Source: Octopus bimaculoides | Lineage: Eukaryota | Assembly: GCF_001194135.2 (NCBI RefSeq) | Contig: NC_068993.1 | Location: 9,784,398 to 9,816,811 of the forward strand | Reading direction: 5' to 3' | DNA: 32,414 nucleotides | Shown here: positions 32,391 through 32,414 of the stretch, in pieces | How the letters are laid out: every line of letters begins with the position of its first letter | Numbering within the stretch: position 1 is the stretch's first letter | Program-made: the position numbers and the translations under genes | Notes under the pieces: generated by a model | Told to the model about the DNA's origin: nothing | Databases searched by the model: none | Seen by the model: only the letters and a program-made list of their open reading frames with translations

Positions 32391-32414
32391 ATGTATTCCT
32401 TTCTTCTCCCCCCC

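Overview
Eukaryotic, AT-rich, repeat-dense and essentially non-coding DNA. The interspersed repeats are ones I recognise as typical of Octopus (cephalopod) genomes; this is recall, not a database search. Eight N-gaps cover about 2.9 kb, which fits a draft assembly. No recognisable protein-coding host gene, rRNA, true tRNA or CRISPR array is present. Nearly all supplied ORFs are microsatellite, SINE or N-gap artefacts; the exception is a decayed mariner transposase at 27.3-27.9 kb. The window holds about 20 copies or fragments of a bipartite tRNA-headed SINE (here family A), several copies of a second SINE (family B), single copies of two more (C and E), TTAA-flanked piggyBac-like MITEs, hAT-type MITEs, a Helentron-type non-autonomous element, two foldback elements and many mini/microsatellites. 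Family letters are my own labels. The most notable observations are: (1) a 15-nt microexon candidate with a UGC-containing polypyrimidine tract (7769-7783); (2) other retroelements repeatedly joined to one ~20-bp motif inside SINE A, two of them with clean 14-bp TSDs; (3) a local duplication that preserves the empty site of the Helentron-type insertion; (4) a mariner remnant carrying an inverted copy of its own 5' end; (5) a chain of MITEs sharing TTAA sites; (6) a compact CCAAT/ETS promoter-like element near 28.4 kb. I cannot support a claim of a complete new biological system here.
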